DNA of 64,000 bases from Candidatus Aminicenantes bacterium (GCA_030669305.1 DAOVDU010000001.1:14812-78811); one strand, 5' to 3'. Shown: positions 10,365 through 20,655, numbered from the stretch's first letter. Notes: generated by a model from the letters alone, not told the origin. Translations and numbers: made by a program.

Positions 10365-11749
10365 GGAAACAAGCTTCCAAGAAGCTCAAACACATCCACA
10401 TGATAGGAATCGGTGGCACTGGCATGAATGGAATCGCAGAGGTTCTGTTCAATCTCGGTTACAAAGTCTCAGGGACAGATATCAACGAAAACGAAGCCAC
10501 GCAACGACTTGTCAGCCTTGGGGTAGAAATATCAATCGGTCACAAGGCCGAAAAAGTAGAGGGAGCAGATGTTGTCGTCATCTCCTCTGCTATCAAAGAA
10601 GATAATGTAGAAGTAGGAGAAGCAAGGCGGCAGAAAATACCAGTTATACCGAGGGCAGAAATGCTGGCAGAATTGATGAGAATGAAATACGGAATCGCCG
10701 TAGCAGGTTCTCACGGAAAGACATCTACTACTTCAATGATTGCACAAGTCCTTGAGGTAGCCGGGTTTGATCCAACAATCATCGTCGGCGGTCGATTAAA
10801 TACAATCGGTGCTCATGCAAAATTGGGCGAAGGAGATTTCATCGTAGCTGAAGCCGATGAAAGCGACCGATCCTTTCTATATCTATCTCCTTTTATTGCA
10901 GTGCTTACTAACCTTGATGAAGAGCATCTGGACCAGTATAAATCTTTGGATGAAATCAAAAAAACATTTGTCAATTTTGCAAATAAAGTTCCTTTTTACT
11001 GTCCAATCGTCCTGTGTCTCGACGACTCCAACCTCCAAAGTCTGGTTCCATCGCTAGAGAGAAGGATTATCACTTATGGATTTTCTGCTCAAGCCGACAT
11101 ATTTGCCAGAGGTCAGCAGTTTGAAAAATTCTCAAGCATTTCAACCCTTTATTGGAAGGGAAAAAAATTGGGAAATTTAAACCTAAACGTCCCCGGCATT
11201 CACAGCATATATAATGCCATGGCAGCAGTAGCTGTGGGCATGGACTTGGACATTCCTGTATCGAATATTTTCCAGGCTCTGGAAAATTACAGGGGGATCG
11301 GTCGCCGCTTTGAACTAAAGAAAAAAATAAACAACATTATGGTTATAGAAGACTATGCCCATCATCCAACAGAAATTAAAACTACTCTTGATGCAGCAAA
11401 GAAAGGATGGCCTCGAAGGATTATAGCAATTTTCCAACCCCATCGATACTCACGTCTTTCTCTTCTCATGAAAAAATTCGGCACAGCATTCAACGAGGCA
11501 GATATTCTCATCATCACAGAAGTTTACCCTGCAGGGGAGAACCCGATAGCAGGTGTATCAGGAAAAGCTCTCTATAAGGAAATTCTGCAATTCGGACATA
11601 AAAATATCTATTTTGAACAGGATCTAAAAAAAATACCTTCAATAGTAGGAAAACTTGCTTTGCAAAAAGATATGATCATTGTCATGGGAGCAGGAAATAT
11701 CTCCAGGGTAATTCCTGGTATCATCGAAAGACTGGGAAGGAAAAAATAA
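10361..11749 (+). CDS. murC: UDP-MurNAc:L-alanine ligase MurC
   Basis: GIGGTGMNGIA and GSHGKTSTTSM motifs. Synteny. Confidence 0.9.
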   Translation: MRKQASKKLKHIHMIGIGGTGMNGIAEVLFNLGYKVSGTDINENEATQRLVSLGVEISIGHKAEKVEGADVVVISSAIKEDNVEVGEARRQKIPVIPRAEMLAELMRMKYGIAVAGSHGKTSTTSMIAQVLEVAGFDPTIIVGGRLNTIGAHAKLGEGDFIVAEADESDRSFLYLSPFIAVLTNLDEEHLDQYKSLDEIKKTFVNFANKVPFYCPIVLCLDDSNLQSLVPSLERRIITYGFSAQADIFARGQQFEKFSSISTLYWKGKKLGNLNLNVPGIHSIYNAMAAVAVGMDLDIPVSNIFQALENYRGIGRRFELKKKINNIMVIEDYAHHPTEIKTTLDAAKKGWPRRIIAIFQPHRYSRLSLLMKKFGTAFNEADILIITEVYPAGENPIAGVSGKALYKEILQFGHKNIYFEQDLKKIPSIVGKLALQKDMIIVMGAGNISRVIPGIIERLGRKK

Positions 11750-11751
11750 GT

Positions 11752-12612
11752 ATGGCCACTAATCTTAATCCAGCTTTCAAATACAGATCTAACATTCTCC
11801 TCTCCCGGCCCACGCATTTCAGACGAGGAAACGGAAAAATAAAAACTAAAAAAATCCAGAGGAAAATGAGGCTGAAACTTAAACATATTCTTTTCGCCTT
11901 TTTTCTTCTGGGCGGAATATTTTATTCTATCCAGCAATTCTATCTCTTCTTAATCTCATGGGACAAACTGAACGTCAAAGAGATAGAAGTCGTCTGCCGC
12001 AGACAAGAAATCAAAGAAGAAATTCAACAAATTCTAAAAGGAGAAAAACTAGGAAATATTCTTCTTCTGAATATCGGGCATCTCCAAGAAGGGTTGACTA
12101 AGCATAGATGGATCAAAGAGGTCCTGGTAAGGAAAAACTTTCCTTCTTCCTTAAGGATTGAACTCATTGAAAGAACTCCTTATGCACTCCTGAAAAAGGA
12201 AAAATTATTCCTTATCGATGCAGATGGAGTTCAACTTGAACAAATTTATCCAAATGAAAAAATGAACCTCCCTCTTCTTGTAGATTCAAACAATTTCGAG
12301 AAAGATTATGAAGAAAAACTAAAATTAGCATGGGAATGCCTTGAGGGTTTAAAATCCTCAGAGAAAAAACAGATCGATCTTTTAGATTTATCTGATTACG
12401 AAAATGTATCAATAAGGCTGAAAGAATCACAAACATGGCTTATCCTCGGCAATGATCAATATGCAGAGAAACTTCGATTATTCCGACAGATCAGTGCCAA
12501 GTTAGAGAAACAAGGAGCTTTAGAATATGTCGATCTTCGCTTCGAAGACCGTTTATACATCAAACCTATTAAAAATTTAAACGGAAATACCTTCAAGAAG
12601 GAGGCTAACTGA
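11752..12612 (+). CDS. ftsQ: cell division protein FtsQ/DivIB (POTRA domain)
   Basis: Single N-terminal TM then a POTRA-like region. Located between murC and ftsA. Confidence 0.75.
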   Translation: MATNLNPAFKYRSNILLSRPTHFRRGNGKIKTKKIQRKMRLKLKHILFAFFLLGGIFYSIQQFYLFLISWDKLNVKEIEVVCRRQEIKEEIQQILKGEKLGNILLLNIGHLQEGLTKHRWIKEVLVRKNFPSSLRIELIERTPYALLKKEKLFLIDADGVQLEQIYPNEKMNLPLLVDSNNFEKDYEEKLKLAWECLEGLKSSEKKQIDLLDLSDYENVSIRLKESQTWLILGNDQYAEKLRLFRQISAKLEKQGALEYVDLRFEDRLYIKPIKNLNGNTFKKEAN

Positions 12613-13835
12613 TGCCTAAAAACGATTATATTGTAGGATTTGACATCGGGACAAAAAAAGTGGCCGCAATTATCGGCGAAATCACTGAAGAGAAAAAAAT
12701 TGAGATTATTGGCATAGGTACAGCCGACTCCAGAGGCCTGAGAAAAGGAGTCGTTGTCAATTTAGACGCTACTGTAGATGCCATTAAAAAGGCTCAAGAA
12801 GAAGCTGAGCTTATGGCTGGAGTAGAAATTGATTCAGCCTATATTGGCATTTCCGGTGCTCATATAAAAAGCTTCAACAGTAGAGGAGTTATTGCTGTTT
12901 CTGGCAGAAATAAGGAGGTTAACCGCGAAGACATCAAACGCGTAATAGACCAGTCTAAAGCTGTATCTATCCCCCCTGATAGAGAAATCATTCATATAAT
13001 TCCTCAGGAATTTGTTGTTGATGATCAAGACGGCATCAAAGATCCTCTCGGTATGAGCGGGATAAAGCTTGAAGTGAATGTTCACATTGTCACGGGCGCT
13101 ATAACCTCTGTCCAAAATTTAAGAACTTGTGTCTCTCGGGCAGGCATTGAGATCGAACAAATAGTTCTCAACCAGATCGCAACAAGCGCATCTATCCTTA
13201 CCCACGACGAAATGGAGCTCGGAGTTGGATTAATTGATATCGGAGGGGGGACAACTGAAGTAGCCATTTTCGAACGAGGAAGTCTATGGTACACATCCGT
13301 GATCCCGATAGGAGGAGATAATTTTACAAATGATATAGCTGTCGGCCTCCGGACTCCTATCCCGGATGCAGAAAAAATAAAGAAAAAATACGGCTGTGTG
13401 TCCGGCCCCCTCACAAATGAACAGGAAACCATAGAAGTCCCTACAGTCGGACGTGGGAAAAAGCCGCGTGTTCTCTCCAGACAGTTATTAGCTGATATTA
13501 TCCAGCCAAGAGCAGAAGAAATCTTTCGCTTGGTCGATAATGACATCAAAAGGATGGGATATGAAAAATCCCTCAATTCAGGGATAGTTCTTACTGGAGG
13601 GACAGCATTACTGGAAGGCCTGGAAGAAGTGGCTGAGGAAACTTTTGATTTGCCTGTAAGGCGTGGCGATCCCAGCGGCATCGGTGGCTTAGTGGATAGA
13701 GTCAGCACTCCTGACTACGCCGCTGGAGTCGGCCTCATCTTATATGGATTTATTCAGTGTAAAGGAAAGGGTATATCTAAAGACAGAAAACAGGGCTTCT
13801 TGTCAAAACTAAAAGATTGGATTAAAGAGACATAG
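12612..13835 (+). CDS. ftsA: cell division protein FtsA (actin-like ATPase)
   Basis: VGFDIGTKKV phosphate-1 and DIGGGTTEV phosphate-2 actin-fold motifs. Immediately upstream of ftsZ. Confidence 0.92.
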   Translation: MPKNDYIVGFDIGTKKVAAIIGEITEEKKIEIIGIGTADSRGLRKGVVVNLDATVDAIKKAQEEAELMAGVEIDSAYIGISGAHIKSFNSRGVIAVSGRNKEVNREDIKRVIDQSKAVSIPPDREIIHIIPQEFVVDDQDGIKDPLGMSGIKLEVNVHIVTGAITSVQNLRTCVSRAGIEIEQIVLNQIATSASILTHDEMELGVGLIDIGGGTTEVAIFERGSLWYTSVIPIGGDNFTNDIAVGLRTPIPDAEKIKKKYGCVSGPLTNEQETIEVPTVGRGKKPRVLSRQLLADIIQPRAEEIFRLVDNDIKRMGYEKSLNSGIVLTGGTALLEGLEEVAEETFDLPVRRGDPSGIGGLVDRVSTPDYAAGVGLILYGFIQCKGKGISKDRKQGFLSKLKDWIKET

Positions 13836-13844
13836 GAGGGAAAA

Positions 13845-15056
13845 ATGACTGAGCAAATAAAAAGCAACTTAAAATTTCATTTAGTCGAAGAGCACATTGG
13901 CGCTAAAATCAAGGTTATCGGCATTGGCGGCGGGGGGGGAAACGCTACTAACAGGATGATAGAGACACAAATTGGAGGAGTAGAATTTATCGCCGTCAAT
14001 ACAGACCTCCAAGCGCTCAATGCCAACAAATCTGGAACAAAAATCCAGATCGGCAGCCAATTGACAAAAGGATTGGGGTCAGGAGGTAGACCTGACATTG
14101 GGAAAGAAGCTGCCATGGAAGATACGGAAAAATTGATCAAGGTCCTTGAAGGAGCGGATATGGTCTTTCTGACTACTGGACTCGGAGGCGGCACAGGTAC
14201 AGGAGCAATACCGATTCTAGCGAATCTTGCCTCAGAAATGGATATTTTGGCCATTGCCATCGTTACTCTTCCCTTTGAATTCGAAGGAAAAATTAGAGCA
14301 AAGCAAGCTGAAGAAGGCCTGAGCGAATTGAAATCTGCTGTTGACACAGTTATTTCCATTCCAAATGAACGGCTGCTAGAGACAGTAAATCTGGACACTT
14401 CAATTCAAGATGCTTTCAAAATGGCTGACGATATTTTGCGTCAGGCAGTCCAGGGAATATCCGATCTCATCACCAGACCAGGACTGATCAATCTAGACTT
14501 TGCTGACGTCAAATCTATTATGAAAGGTATGGGCATGGCTTTCATGGGGACAGGAATTGCCTCAGGAGAAAACAGGGCAGTCGATGCCGCCCATAAAGCT
14601 ATCTCCAGTCCGCTCCTTATAGACACCTCAATAGAGGGAGCACACGGAGTTCTCATCAACATAACAGGAGGCAAAGACATCACTCTTCACGAAGTTTCAA
14701 AGGCTTCCGAGCTTATCCACAGTATGGCACATCCAGAGGCCAACATCATTTTTGGCACAGTCATCGACGAAAGCATGAAAGAAATGGTTAAAGTCACTGT
14801 CATCGCTACAGGTTTTGACTTATCGTCAGAAAGGGAATCAGCCACTCCTGAAGAATTTGGGCCCCCTCGTCGAGAAAGCCCCCCCCCATTCCTGGCTCCA
14901 CAAGAGACACCTCCTTATATATTCGAACCAAAAGGAAGAGAAACTCTCTGGCAAAGGCCTGCGTGGGAAAAACAATGGGAACCCTATGAAACACCCTCTT
15001 TTATAAGAAGAAACAAACACACATCACTGAGGAAGTTTCCTCATGAAGCCAGCTGA
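13845..15056 (+). CDS. ftsZ: cell division GTPase FtsZ
   Basis: Tubulin signature GGGTGTG. NAT and NTD stretches. Pro-rich linker and C-terminal IPSFIRRNK peptide resembling the FtsA/ZipA-binding tail. Confidence 0.95.
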   Translation: MTEQIKSNLKFHLVEEHIGAKIKVIGIGGGGGNATNRMIETQIGGVEFIAVNTDLQALNANKSGTKIQIGSQLTKGLGSGGRPDIGKEAAMEDTEKLIKVLEGADMVFLTTGLGGGTGTGAIPILANLASEMDILAIAIVTLPFEFEGKIRAKQAEEGLSELKSAVDTVISIPNERLLETVNLDTSIQDAFKMADDILRQAVQGISDLITRPGLINLDFADVKSIMKGMGMAFMGTGIASGENRAVDAAHKAISSPLLIDTSIEGAHGVLINITGGKDITLHEVSKASELIHSMAHPEANIIFGTVIDESMKEMVKVTVIATGFDLSSERESATPEEFGPPRRESPPPFLAPQETPPYIFEPKGRETLWQRPAWEKQWEPYETPSFIRRNKHTSLRKFPHEAS

Positions 15057-16338
15057 TCTTGCTATAATCAATTGCAGTCATCTTGTTACTTGCCAAGGTC
15101 CGATACCTAAAAGAAAAGATTCCCTCCTGGATATCGGACTTGTAGATAAAGGCTGCATTGCTTCCTATAGAGGAAAAATTGTATTCATAGGCGAAGAAAA
15201 AAAGTTCAATAAAGAAATTCTTTTAGAAAAAAAAGGCGTTCATATCGATGGAAGCGGCCTAGTTGGACTTCCAGGTTTTGTAGACTCCCACACACACCTT
15301 CCTTTCGCCGGAAACAGAGAGGAAGAATTTATCCTCCGTCTTAAAGGCTACACATATCAACAGCTTGCAGAAAGAGGTTTAGGTATTCAAACAACCGTGA
15401 ATGCAACCCGTCAGGCATCAATGGATGAACTCACCTCTTTATGTTTAGCCCGCCTTGACAATATGCTTCTTCACGGGACAACAACAGCAGAGGCAAAAAG
15501 TGGCTATGGATTAAATCTTAAGGACGAAATAAAGCAATTGAGAACTCTGCAGGAACTCAATAAGATTCATCCAATAGATATCGTCCCCACTTTCATGGGC
15601 GCCCACGAAGTCCCAAAAGAATACAAAGCCCGAAAAGACGACTACATAAACCTCCTCATTCATAAAATCCTCCCGGAAGTAAAAGAAAACAACCTGGCTG
15701 AATTTTTCGATGTCTATTGTGAAGAAGGAGTTTATTCTGTCGAGGAATCGAGGAAATTAATCAGAGCAGCAAGAGAAGCAGGATTAAAAATCAAAATCCA
15801 CGCCGATGAATTCGCTCCTCTTGGAGGAGCACAGCTTGCTGCAGAGGAAGGAGCTATTTCTGCAGACCATTTAATCGCAATCACTGATGAAGGCATAAAG
15901 AAACTTGCAGAAAGTTCGACGACAGCGACACTTCTCCCCGGAGTATCCTTTTTCCTCATGCAAGAGAAGAAAGCACCTGCCCGCAAACTCATCGAACAAG
16001 GAGCAATTGTTGCTCTTGCTACGGATTTTAACCCAGGAAGCTCAATGACAGAGTCTATGTTTTTCATCATGCAGCTGGCTGTCTTTTCTTTGAAAATGGG
16101 CATCGAAGAGGCCATCAACGCCACAACCTCTAACGCCGCCTATGCTTTGGGAAAGCATAAAGAAGTGGGGAGTCTGGAAGTTGGAAAGAAAATGGACCTC
16201 ATCCTCTGTGATGCACCCAATTATCCCCATCTTATCTATCACTTCGGCATTAATCCCATAAAATATGTCATAAAAGGCGGACATGTCGTCGTCAAGAATG
16301 GGAAAGTCTTGCAAAAATCCAAATACCAAACGGATTAG
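15043..16338 (+). CDS. hutI: imidazolonepropionase (amidohydrolase superfamily)
   Basis: [23 protein letters not shown] and DFNPGSS align closely with HutI over most of the length from memory. 14-nt overlap with the ftsZ 3' end. Confidence 0.8.
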   Translation: MKPADLAIINCSHLVTCQGPIPKRKDSLLDIGLVDKGCIASYRGKIVFIGEEKKFNKEILLEKKGVHIDGSGLVGLPGFVDSHTHLPFAGNREEEFILRLKGYTYQQLAERGLGIQTTVNATRQASMDELTSLCLARLDNMLLHGTTTAEAKSGYGLNLKDEIKQLRTLQELNKIHPIDIVPTFMGAHEVPKEYKARKDDYINLLIHKILPEVKENNLAEFFDVYCEEGVYSVEESRKLIRAAREAGLKIKIHADEFAPLGGAQLAAEEGAISADHLIAITDEGIKKLAESSTTATLLPGVSFFLMQEKKAPARKLIEQGAIVALATDFNPGSSMTESMFFIMQLAVFSLKMGIEEAINATTSNAAYALGKHKEVGSLEVGKKMDLILCDAPNYPHLIYHFGINPIKYVIKGGHVVVKNGKVLQKSKYQTD

Positions 16339-16600
16339 TTTAAGGTTAAAAGTTTAAGGTTTAAGGTATTTATATTTTTAATTTAGTATTATTCCTTAAA
16401 CATTCAACCTTAAACCAATTCCTGCTCTTGCCTTAAACATTAAACATTCAACCTTAAACCAATTCCTGCTCTTGCCTTAAACATTAAACATTCAACCTTA
16501 AACCAGTTTCTGCTCTTGCCTTAAACATTAAACATTTAACCTTAAACCAGTATATGTTTCGAATTTCGGATTTGGTGCTTGGTATTTGGTGCTTTTTACT
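16339..16600. mobile_element. MITE-like intergenic element, copy 1 (TTAAAC-rich family), with an internal 44-bp tandem repeat of about 3.3 copies
   Basis: Left end CCAAATACCAAAC and right end GGATTTGGTGCTTGGTATTTGGTGCTTTTT are inverted (AGCACCAAAT core). The inverted core GGAATAATACTAAA..AAAAATATAAATACCTTAAAC is shared with copies at 29970, 31619 and 42405. Unit CCTTAAACATTAAACATTCAACCTTAAACCAATTCCTGCTCTTG repeats from about 16396 to 16550. Confidence 0.55.
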
Positions 16601-16602
16601 TT

Positions 16603-17175
16603 CTATGCTATAGCAGCCTTTATCAGCTCTTCTATCTTAGCTGCGGATAGCTGCCCAAGTCGGCGACAAACTTTTGAACTCGTCCCCTTCTTTCTGATCT
16701 CAGAGCAGTGCAAAGGCGCTTGAGATATCCACCACTTCCAGTATTGTTTAACCAATCGGCTGCTATACTCTTTTGCTTCTTTTCGCTCTTTCTTCAACAT
16801 GCTAGCCGAGAAACCAATCCCCATGATTCCAGCAGTGAGGAATCCGCAGAGATCTTTATGGTATAATCCTCCCCCGAAGCCTGCGGCTGCCCAAACCAAA
16901 TCCTCTGATTTCCCAAGAAATCTCAGTGATACCATCAGGAGAGATTCTGCACAGCTGTAACCTTTGCCAAAATAGTTCATCAAATCCTCAGCCATTATTG
17001 ACTTCTCAATCAGTTTAAGTTCTTCAGGAGTCAATTCTTCCCTGAGCTCTTGGGGTACTTGGCTTAAATTTGCAGAAAACGGAAACATGGCAGATAATCG
17101 GCTCCCCACTAACAGGCTTGATGCAGATGCAATAAAGACTCTTCTGGATAGTTTTAAACTCTCAGCTTTTTTCAT
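16603..17175 (-). CDS. C_GCAxxG_C_C family protein with Tat signal peptide
   Basis: SRRVFIASASSLLVGS twin-arginine signal. YSCAESLL and HCSEIRKKG cysteine motifs. I chose the internal start MKKAESL, preceded by AAGGAGG at 5-nt spacing, over the first ATG at 17202. Confidence 0.6.
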   Translation of the reverse strand: MKKAESLKLSRRVFIASASSLLVGSRLSAMFPFSANLSQVPQELREELTPEELKLIEKSIMAEDLMNYFGKGYSCAESLLMVSLRFLGKSEDLVWAAAGFGGGLYHKDLCGFLTAGIMGIGFSASMLKKERKEAKEYSSRLVKQYWKWWISQAPLHCSEIRKKGTSSKVCRRLGQLSAAKIEELIKAAIA

Positions 17176-17205
17176 GATTCCTCCTTTACAAAGAGCATCC
17201 ATAAT

Positions 17206-18174
17206 CTATGAACGAAGCTTAAATAAGGGCTCCAGGTTCGAAGCAAGAAGGCGCAGACGGCGTTCTTCTCTGTCGTTAAGAGGCGTAAAACTGTGAGCAA
17301 TATCTAAGGCTCTTCTAAAGAGCCGCACATCCCCTGGAGGAATGGCAGATGTTATAGGCTGGGAAAGAGCAAAACAAAGGGCAAGATTAGTTTCTTCAGG
17401 GTTTAAAATAGGCTGATACCAATTCTTCGGCCAGTATTTTTGTAATTCTTCATTCGGCCATGGCTGCCTGGCCATAGCCTTGATAGCAAGAATTCCCATC
17501 TTTTTTTCTTTTGCTTTTTTGATTACCTCTGGTCCAAAATCCGCCTTGAAATAGCACACATAATTGACAGGAAAAAGAATTGTATCAAAATCAAACCTTT
17601 CCATGGCTCTCAAGGCCGCCTCAGAAGAATGGGCAGAAAACCCAATATATTTTACCTTTCCTCCATCCTTAGCCTTGAGAATAGCCCTCATTGCTCCATC
17701 CCATCTCAAGGCCCGATTCACATCTGCAATTTCCGTTAAAGCATGAAGCTGGTAGAGATCAAAATAGTCGGTTTGAAGTTTTTCCAGGGATTGATTAAGC
17801 TCCTCTTCAGCTCCTCTTCTATCTCTTTTTTCTGTTTTACAGGCGAGAAACACCTTCTCCCTGAAAGGTTTAAGGGCCGAGCCAAGAAGCTCCTCAGCAT
17901 TATCGTAGGTAGGAGCAACGTCAAAATAATTAATACCGTGTTCCACAGCTTCCCGTACAATCTCATTCACTCTTTCCTGCCCCTCATTCATAAGTACTAC
18001 TCCACCCAAGCCTAATATTGAAATTTTTTCCCCAGTTCGGCCTAAGATTCGCTTTGGCAGAGGCTTATATCCGATTTCTCCAAATTTATCTTTAGCCAAT
18101 CCGTCTAAACTTTTTAAGCCGGAGATCCCAGATAATCCAATTAAGCTCATCTGAAGAAAATTTCTTCGTTTCAT
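17206..18174 (-). CDS. aldo/keto reductase, Tat-exported
   Basis: KRRNFLQMSLIGLSG Tat signal. AKR core (GINYFDVAPTYDNAEELLG, YIGFSAHS). Start chosen at the Met preceded by AAGAGG rather than the first ATG at 18240. Confidence 0.7.
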   Translation of the reverse strand: MKRRNFLQMSLIGLSGISGLKSLDGLAKDKFGEIGYKPLPKRILGRTGEKISILGLGGVVLMNEGQERVNEIVREAVEHGINYFDVAPTYDNAEELLGSALKPFREKVFLACKTEKRDRRGAEEELNQSLEKLQTDYFDLYQLHALTEIADVNRALRWDGAMRAILKAKDGGKVKYIGFSAHSSEAALRAMERFDFDTILFPVNYVCYFKADFGPEVIKKAKEKKMGILAIKAMARQPWPNEELQKYWPKNWYQPILNPEETNLALCFALSQPITSAIPPGDVRLFRRALDIAHSFTPLNDREERRLRLLASNLEPLFKLRS

Positions 18175-18236
18175 GCATTTTCCTCTTACATTATTTTTCC
18201 AAATTCTACCAAATCCTAAAGAAAAAGGAAAATCTA

Positions 18237-19757
18237 TCAAAAATACTTATCCATCATTCGGTACTGGATAGCTTCGGAAATATGAACAGGGCTGATATTC
18301 TCTTCTCCATTTAAATCTGCAATCGTCCTGGCGACTTTTAAAACTCGAGTATAAGCTCTGGCACTGAACCCCAGCTTGTCGACAGCCATTTCTAAAAGTT
18401 CTTTTCCTTCGTCATCAACCTGACAGTACTTTTTAACCTCTTTTGTTCCCATTTGGGCATTACTGTATATTTTTCTCCCCTTGAACCTTTGAAGCTGCCT
18501 TTCCCGGGCATTGATAACTCTCTTTCTTATCTCAATTGAGCTCTCCCCTTCAAATTTGGAAATAATGTCCTTGAATTCTACCCTAGGCACGTCAACTTGA
18601 ATATCAATACGGTCGAGCAAAGGACCGGATACCTTCGAGTAATAACGGCCTCTCTGGGCGTCGGTACATTCAAAATCCGCTGAAGAAAGCCCGTAATAGG
18701 CATCTTCGCAGGGATTCATGGCAGCAACAAGCATAATGGAGGTAGGAAAAGTCACGGCCATAGAAGCGCGAGAAATAGTAACTTTTCTATCTTCCAAAGG
18801 CTGCCTTAAATCCTCAAGAACATGTTTTCGGAATTCAGGAAGTTCATCCAGAAACAATACTCCATTGTTAGCCAAGGAAACTTCTCCGGGTTTTGGAATA
18901 GTTCCTCCTCCTATTAAACCGGCATATGAAATTGTGTGATGAGGAGCTCGAAACGGTCTCTCACTGATAGCTCCTTTATCCTTTAATAATCCCGAAACGC
19001 TGTATATTTGGGTCGCTTCAATGATTTCCTCAAAAGTCATAGGCGGCAATATCGTAGGTAATCTTCTGGCCAGCATGGTTTTTCCTGCTCCAGGGGGACC
19101 GATTAAAAGGACATTATGGAAGCCTGCCGCTGCAACTTCCAGGGCTCGTTTGACATGCTGCTGCCCCTTAATTTCCTGAAAATCCAAATCACAGTCAGGC
19201 TGAGGCAGAAGTTCCTGTAAAGTACATATGCTAGGAGCTACAGATTCAGGGCAGTTAAGCAATTGTATAACCTGCACTAAATTTTCCAAGGCATAGATAT
19301 CCATATCCTGCACCAGTGCTGCTTCTTTTAAATTCTCCTTAGGAACAACAATTCCCTGAAAGCCCTTTTTTTTAGCAAGAACAGTGGAGGAAAGGATACC
19401 TTTTCCTGGCTTTAATTTCCCGTCCAAAGCCAATTCACCTAAAAATAAAAACTCGCGGAGTCTTTCTTCAGGAAACAAGTCTAAATGAGCTAGGAAACCT
19501 AGAGAGATAGGAAGATCAAAAGCTGAGCCTTCCTTTTTCCTATCTGCAGGAGCTAAATTGATGATGATTTTCCGTGAAGGAAATTTATATCCACAATTCT
19601 TCAGCGCCGCTCTCACTCTTTCTCTGCTTTCCCGCACTGAAGCATCAGGAAGTCCTACAATGACAAAACCAGGGAATCCAAAAGATATATCAACTTCAAC
19701 ATCAACAATATAGGCCTCGATTCCTATCAAAGAGGCACTGGCGATTTTAAAAAGCAT
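18237..19757 (-). CDS. comM: YifB/ComM family Mg-chelatase-like AAA+ ATPase
   Basis: N-terminal Lon-like domain (GIEAYIVDVEVDIS). Walker A GPPGAGKTM. C-terminal ComM helix-turn-helix region. Full-length homology to YifB. Confidence 0.85.
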   Translation of the reverse strand: MLFKIASASLIGIEAYIVDVEVDISFGFPGFVIVGLPDASVRESRERVRAALKNCGYKFPSRKIIINLAPADRKKEGSAFDLPISLGFLAHLDLFPEERLREFLFLGELALDGKLKPGKGILSSTVLAKKKGFQGIVVPKENLKEAALVQDMDIYALENLVQVIQLLNCPESVAPSICTLQELLPQPDCDLDFQEIKGQQHVKRALEVAAAGFHNVLLIGPPGAGKTMLARRLPTILPPMTFEEIIEATQIYSVSGLLKDKGAISERPFRAPHHTISYAGLIGGGTIPKPGEVSLANNGVLFLDELPEFRKHVLEDLRQPLEDRKVTISRASMAVTFPTSIMLVAAMNPCEDAYYGLSSADFECTDAQRGRYYSKVSGPLLDRIDIQVDVPRVEFKDIISKFEGESSIEIRKRVINARERQLQRFKGRKIYSNAQMGTKEVKKYCQVDDEGKELLEMAVDKLGFSARAYTRVLKVARTIADLNGEENISPVHISEAIQYRMMDKYF

Positions 19758-19851
19758 CTTCTTTCAGATATAAAGACGAATAGATTCATGCAGTTATATC
19801 AAAGAATATGAAGAAAAAGGGGGGAAATGGGAAAAGGGGATAAAAAGGAGC

Positions 19852-20655
19852 CTATTTTTTCGGGGATCCTGTAAAATCTTGAGCTAAACTATCTATCTCA
19901 TTCTCAATATCCCTCTGGGATTTGAATTTTACTTTTGTAATTTTAATAGGAGCAATTTTCTCTTTATATGCAAACTCTATTTCTTCTTTCTTTTCTTTTT
20001 TTTCTTCTTTTTTTATTTCTGGTTTTTCTCTTTCTTCCGGCTTTTCTTCCGGCTTTCTCTTTTCTCCAAAGATTTTTTCTCTCACTATAGGGACAGTTAA
20101 CTTTGCAATCTCTCTTAAAGACTCAAAAACTCCTACTCCATTAATGGCACTGGACTCAATATGGGGAAGCCCTCGTGGGTTTAGCAGATTATTAAAGGTT
20201 TCTACTGGAATGAGATTCTCTAAATCACGCTTGTTGTATTGGAAAACAAGAGGAACAAAATTTAAATCCACGTTTTGTTCAAGAAAATTTTTCCTCAAGC
20301 CATCAAAGTTCTCCAAATTTGCATCGACAAGAGGAATCTGAGAATCAGCAACAAAAATAACACCATCTGCTCCTTTAAGCACACTTTTTCTAGAGGCTTC
20401 ATAAAAAACCTGGCCTGGGACAGTCATGAGTTGAAAATGAATCTTGAAGTCTCGGATCATACCTGCTTTTATGGGTAACAAATCAAAAAAAATAGTCCTT
20501 TCTATATCCGTCTCAAGACAGATTAAATCACCCCGCGAATCCTCGTCCATTTTGCTGTAGATAAAGCGTAGGTTTGTTGTTTTGCCGCTTAGACCAGGCC
20601 CGTAATAAATAATTTTTATGGCCAAGTTTTTGGTCGTATAATTTATATATGCCAT
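19852..20655 (-). CDS. mglA: MglA-family Ras-like small GTPase with a ~70-aa Lys/Glu-rich C-terminal extension
   Basis: KIIYYGPGLSGKTTNLRFIY, TVPGQVFYEASRK and QYNKRDL align near-colinearly with Myxococcus MglA as I recall it. Tail EEKPEEREKPEIKKEEKKEKKEE. Confidence 0.8.
   Translation of the reverse strand: MAYINYTTKNLAIKIIYYGPGLSGKTTNLRFIYSKMDEDSRGDLICLETDIERTIFFDLLPIKAGMIRDFKIHFQLMTVPGQVFYEASRKSVLKGADGVIFVADSQIPLVDANLENFDGLRKNFLEQNVDLNFVPLVFQYNKRDLENLIPVETFNNLLNPRGLPHIESSAINGVGVFESLREIAKLTVPIVREKIFGEKRKPEEKPEEREKPEIKKEEKKEKKEEIEFAYKEKIAPIKITKVKFKSQRDIENEIDSLAQDFTGSPKK

Noticed and set aside
13082-13708. Several long antisense ORFs sit inside ftsA, ftsZ and hutI, for example 13082-13708(-), 13877-14398(-) and 15732-16124(-). 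There are similar ones inside the glycosyltransferases and the sulfatase-like gene.
   Set aside because: They lie entirely within strongly supported genes on the opposite strand. They have Ser/Pro-rich, low-complexity translations and no motifs, so they are typical shadow ORFs.
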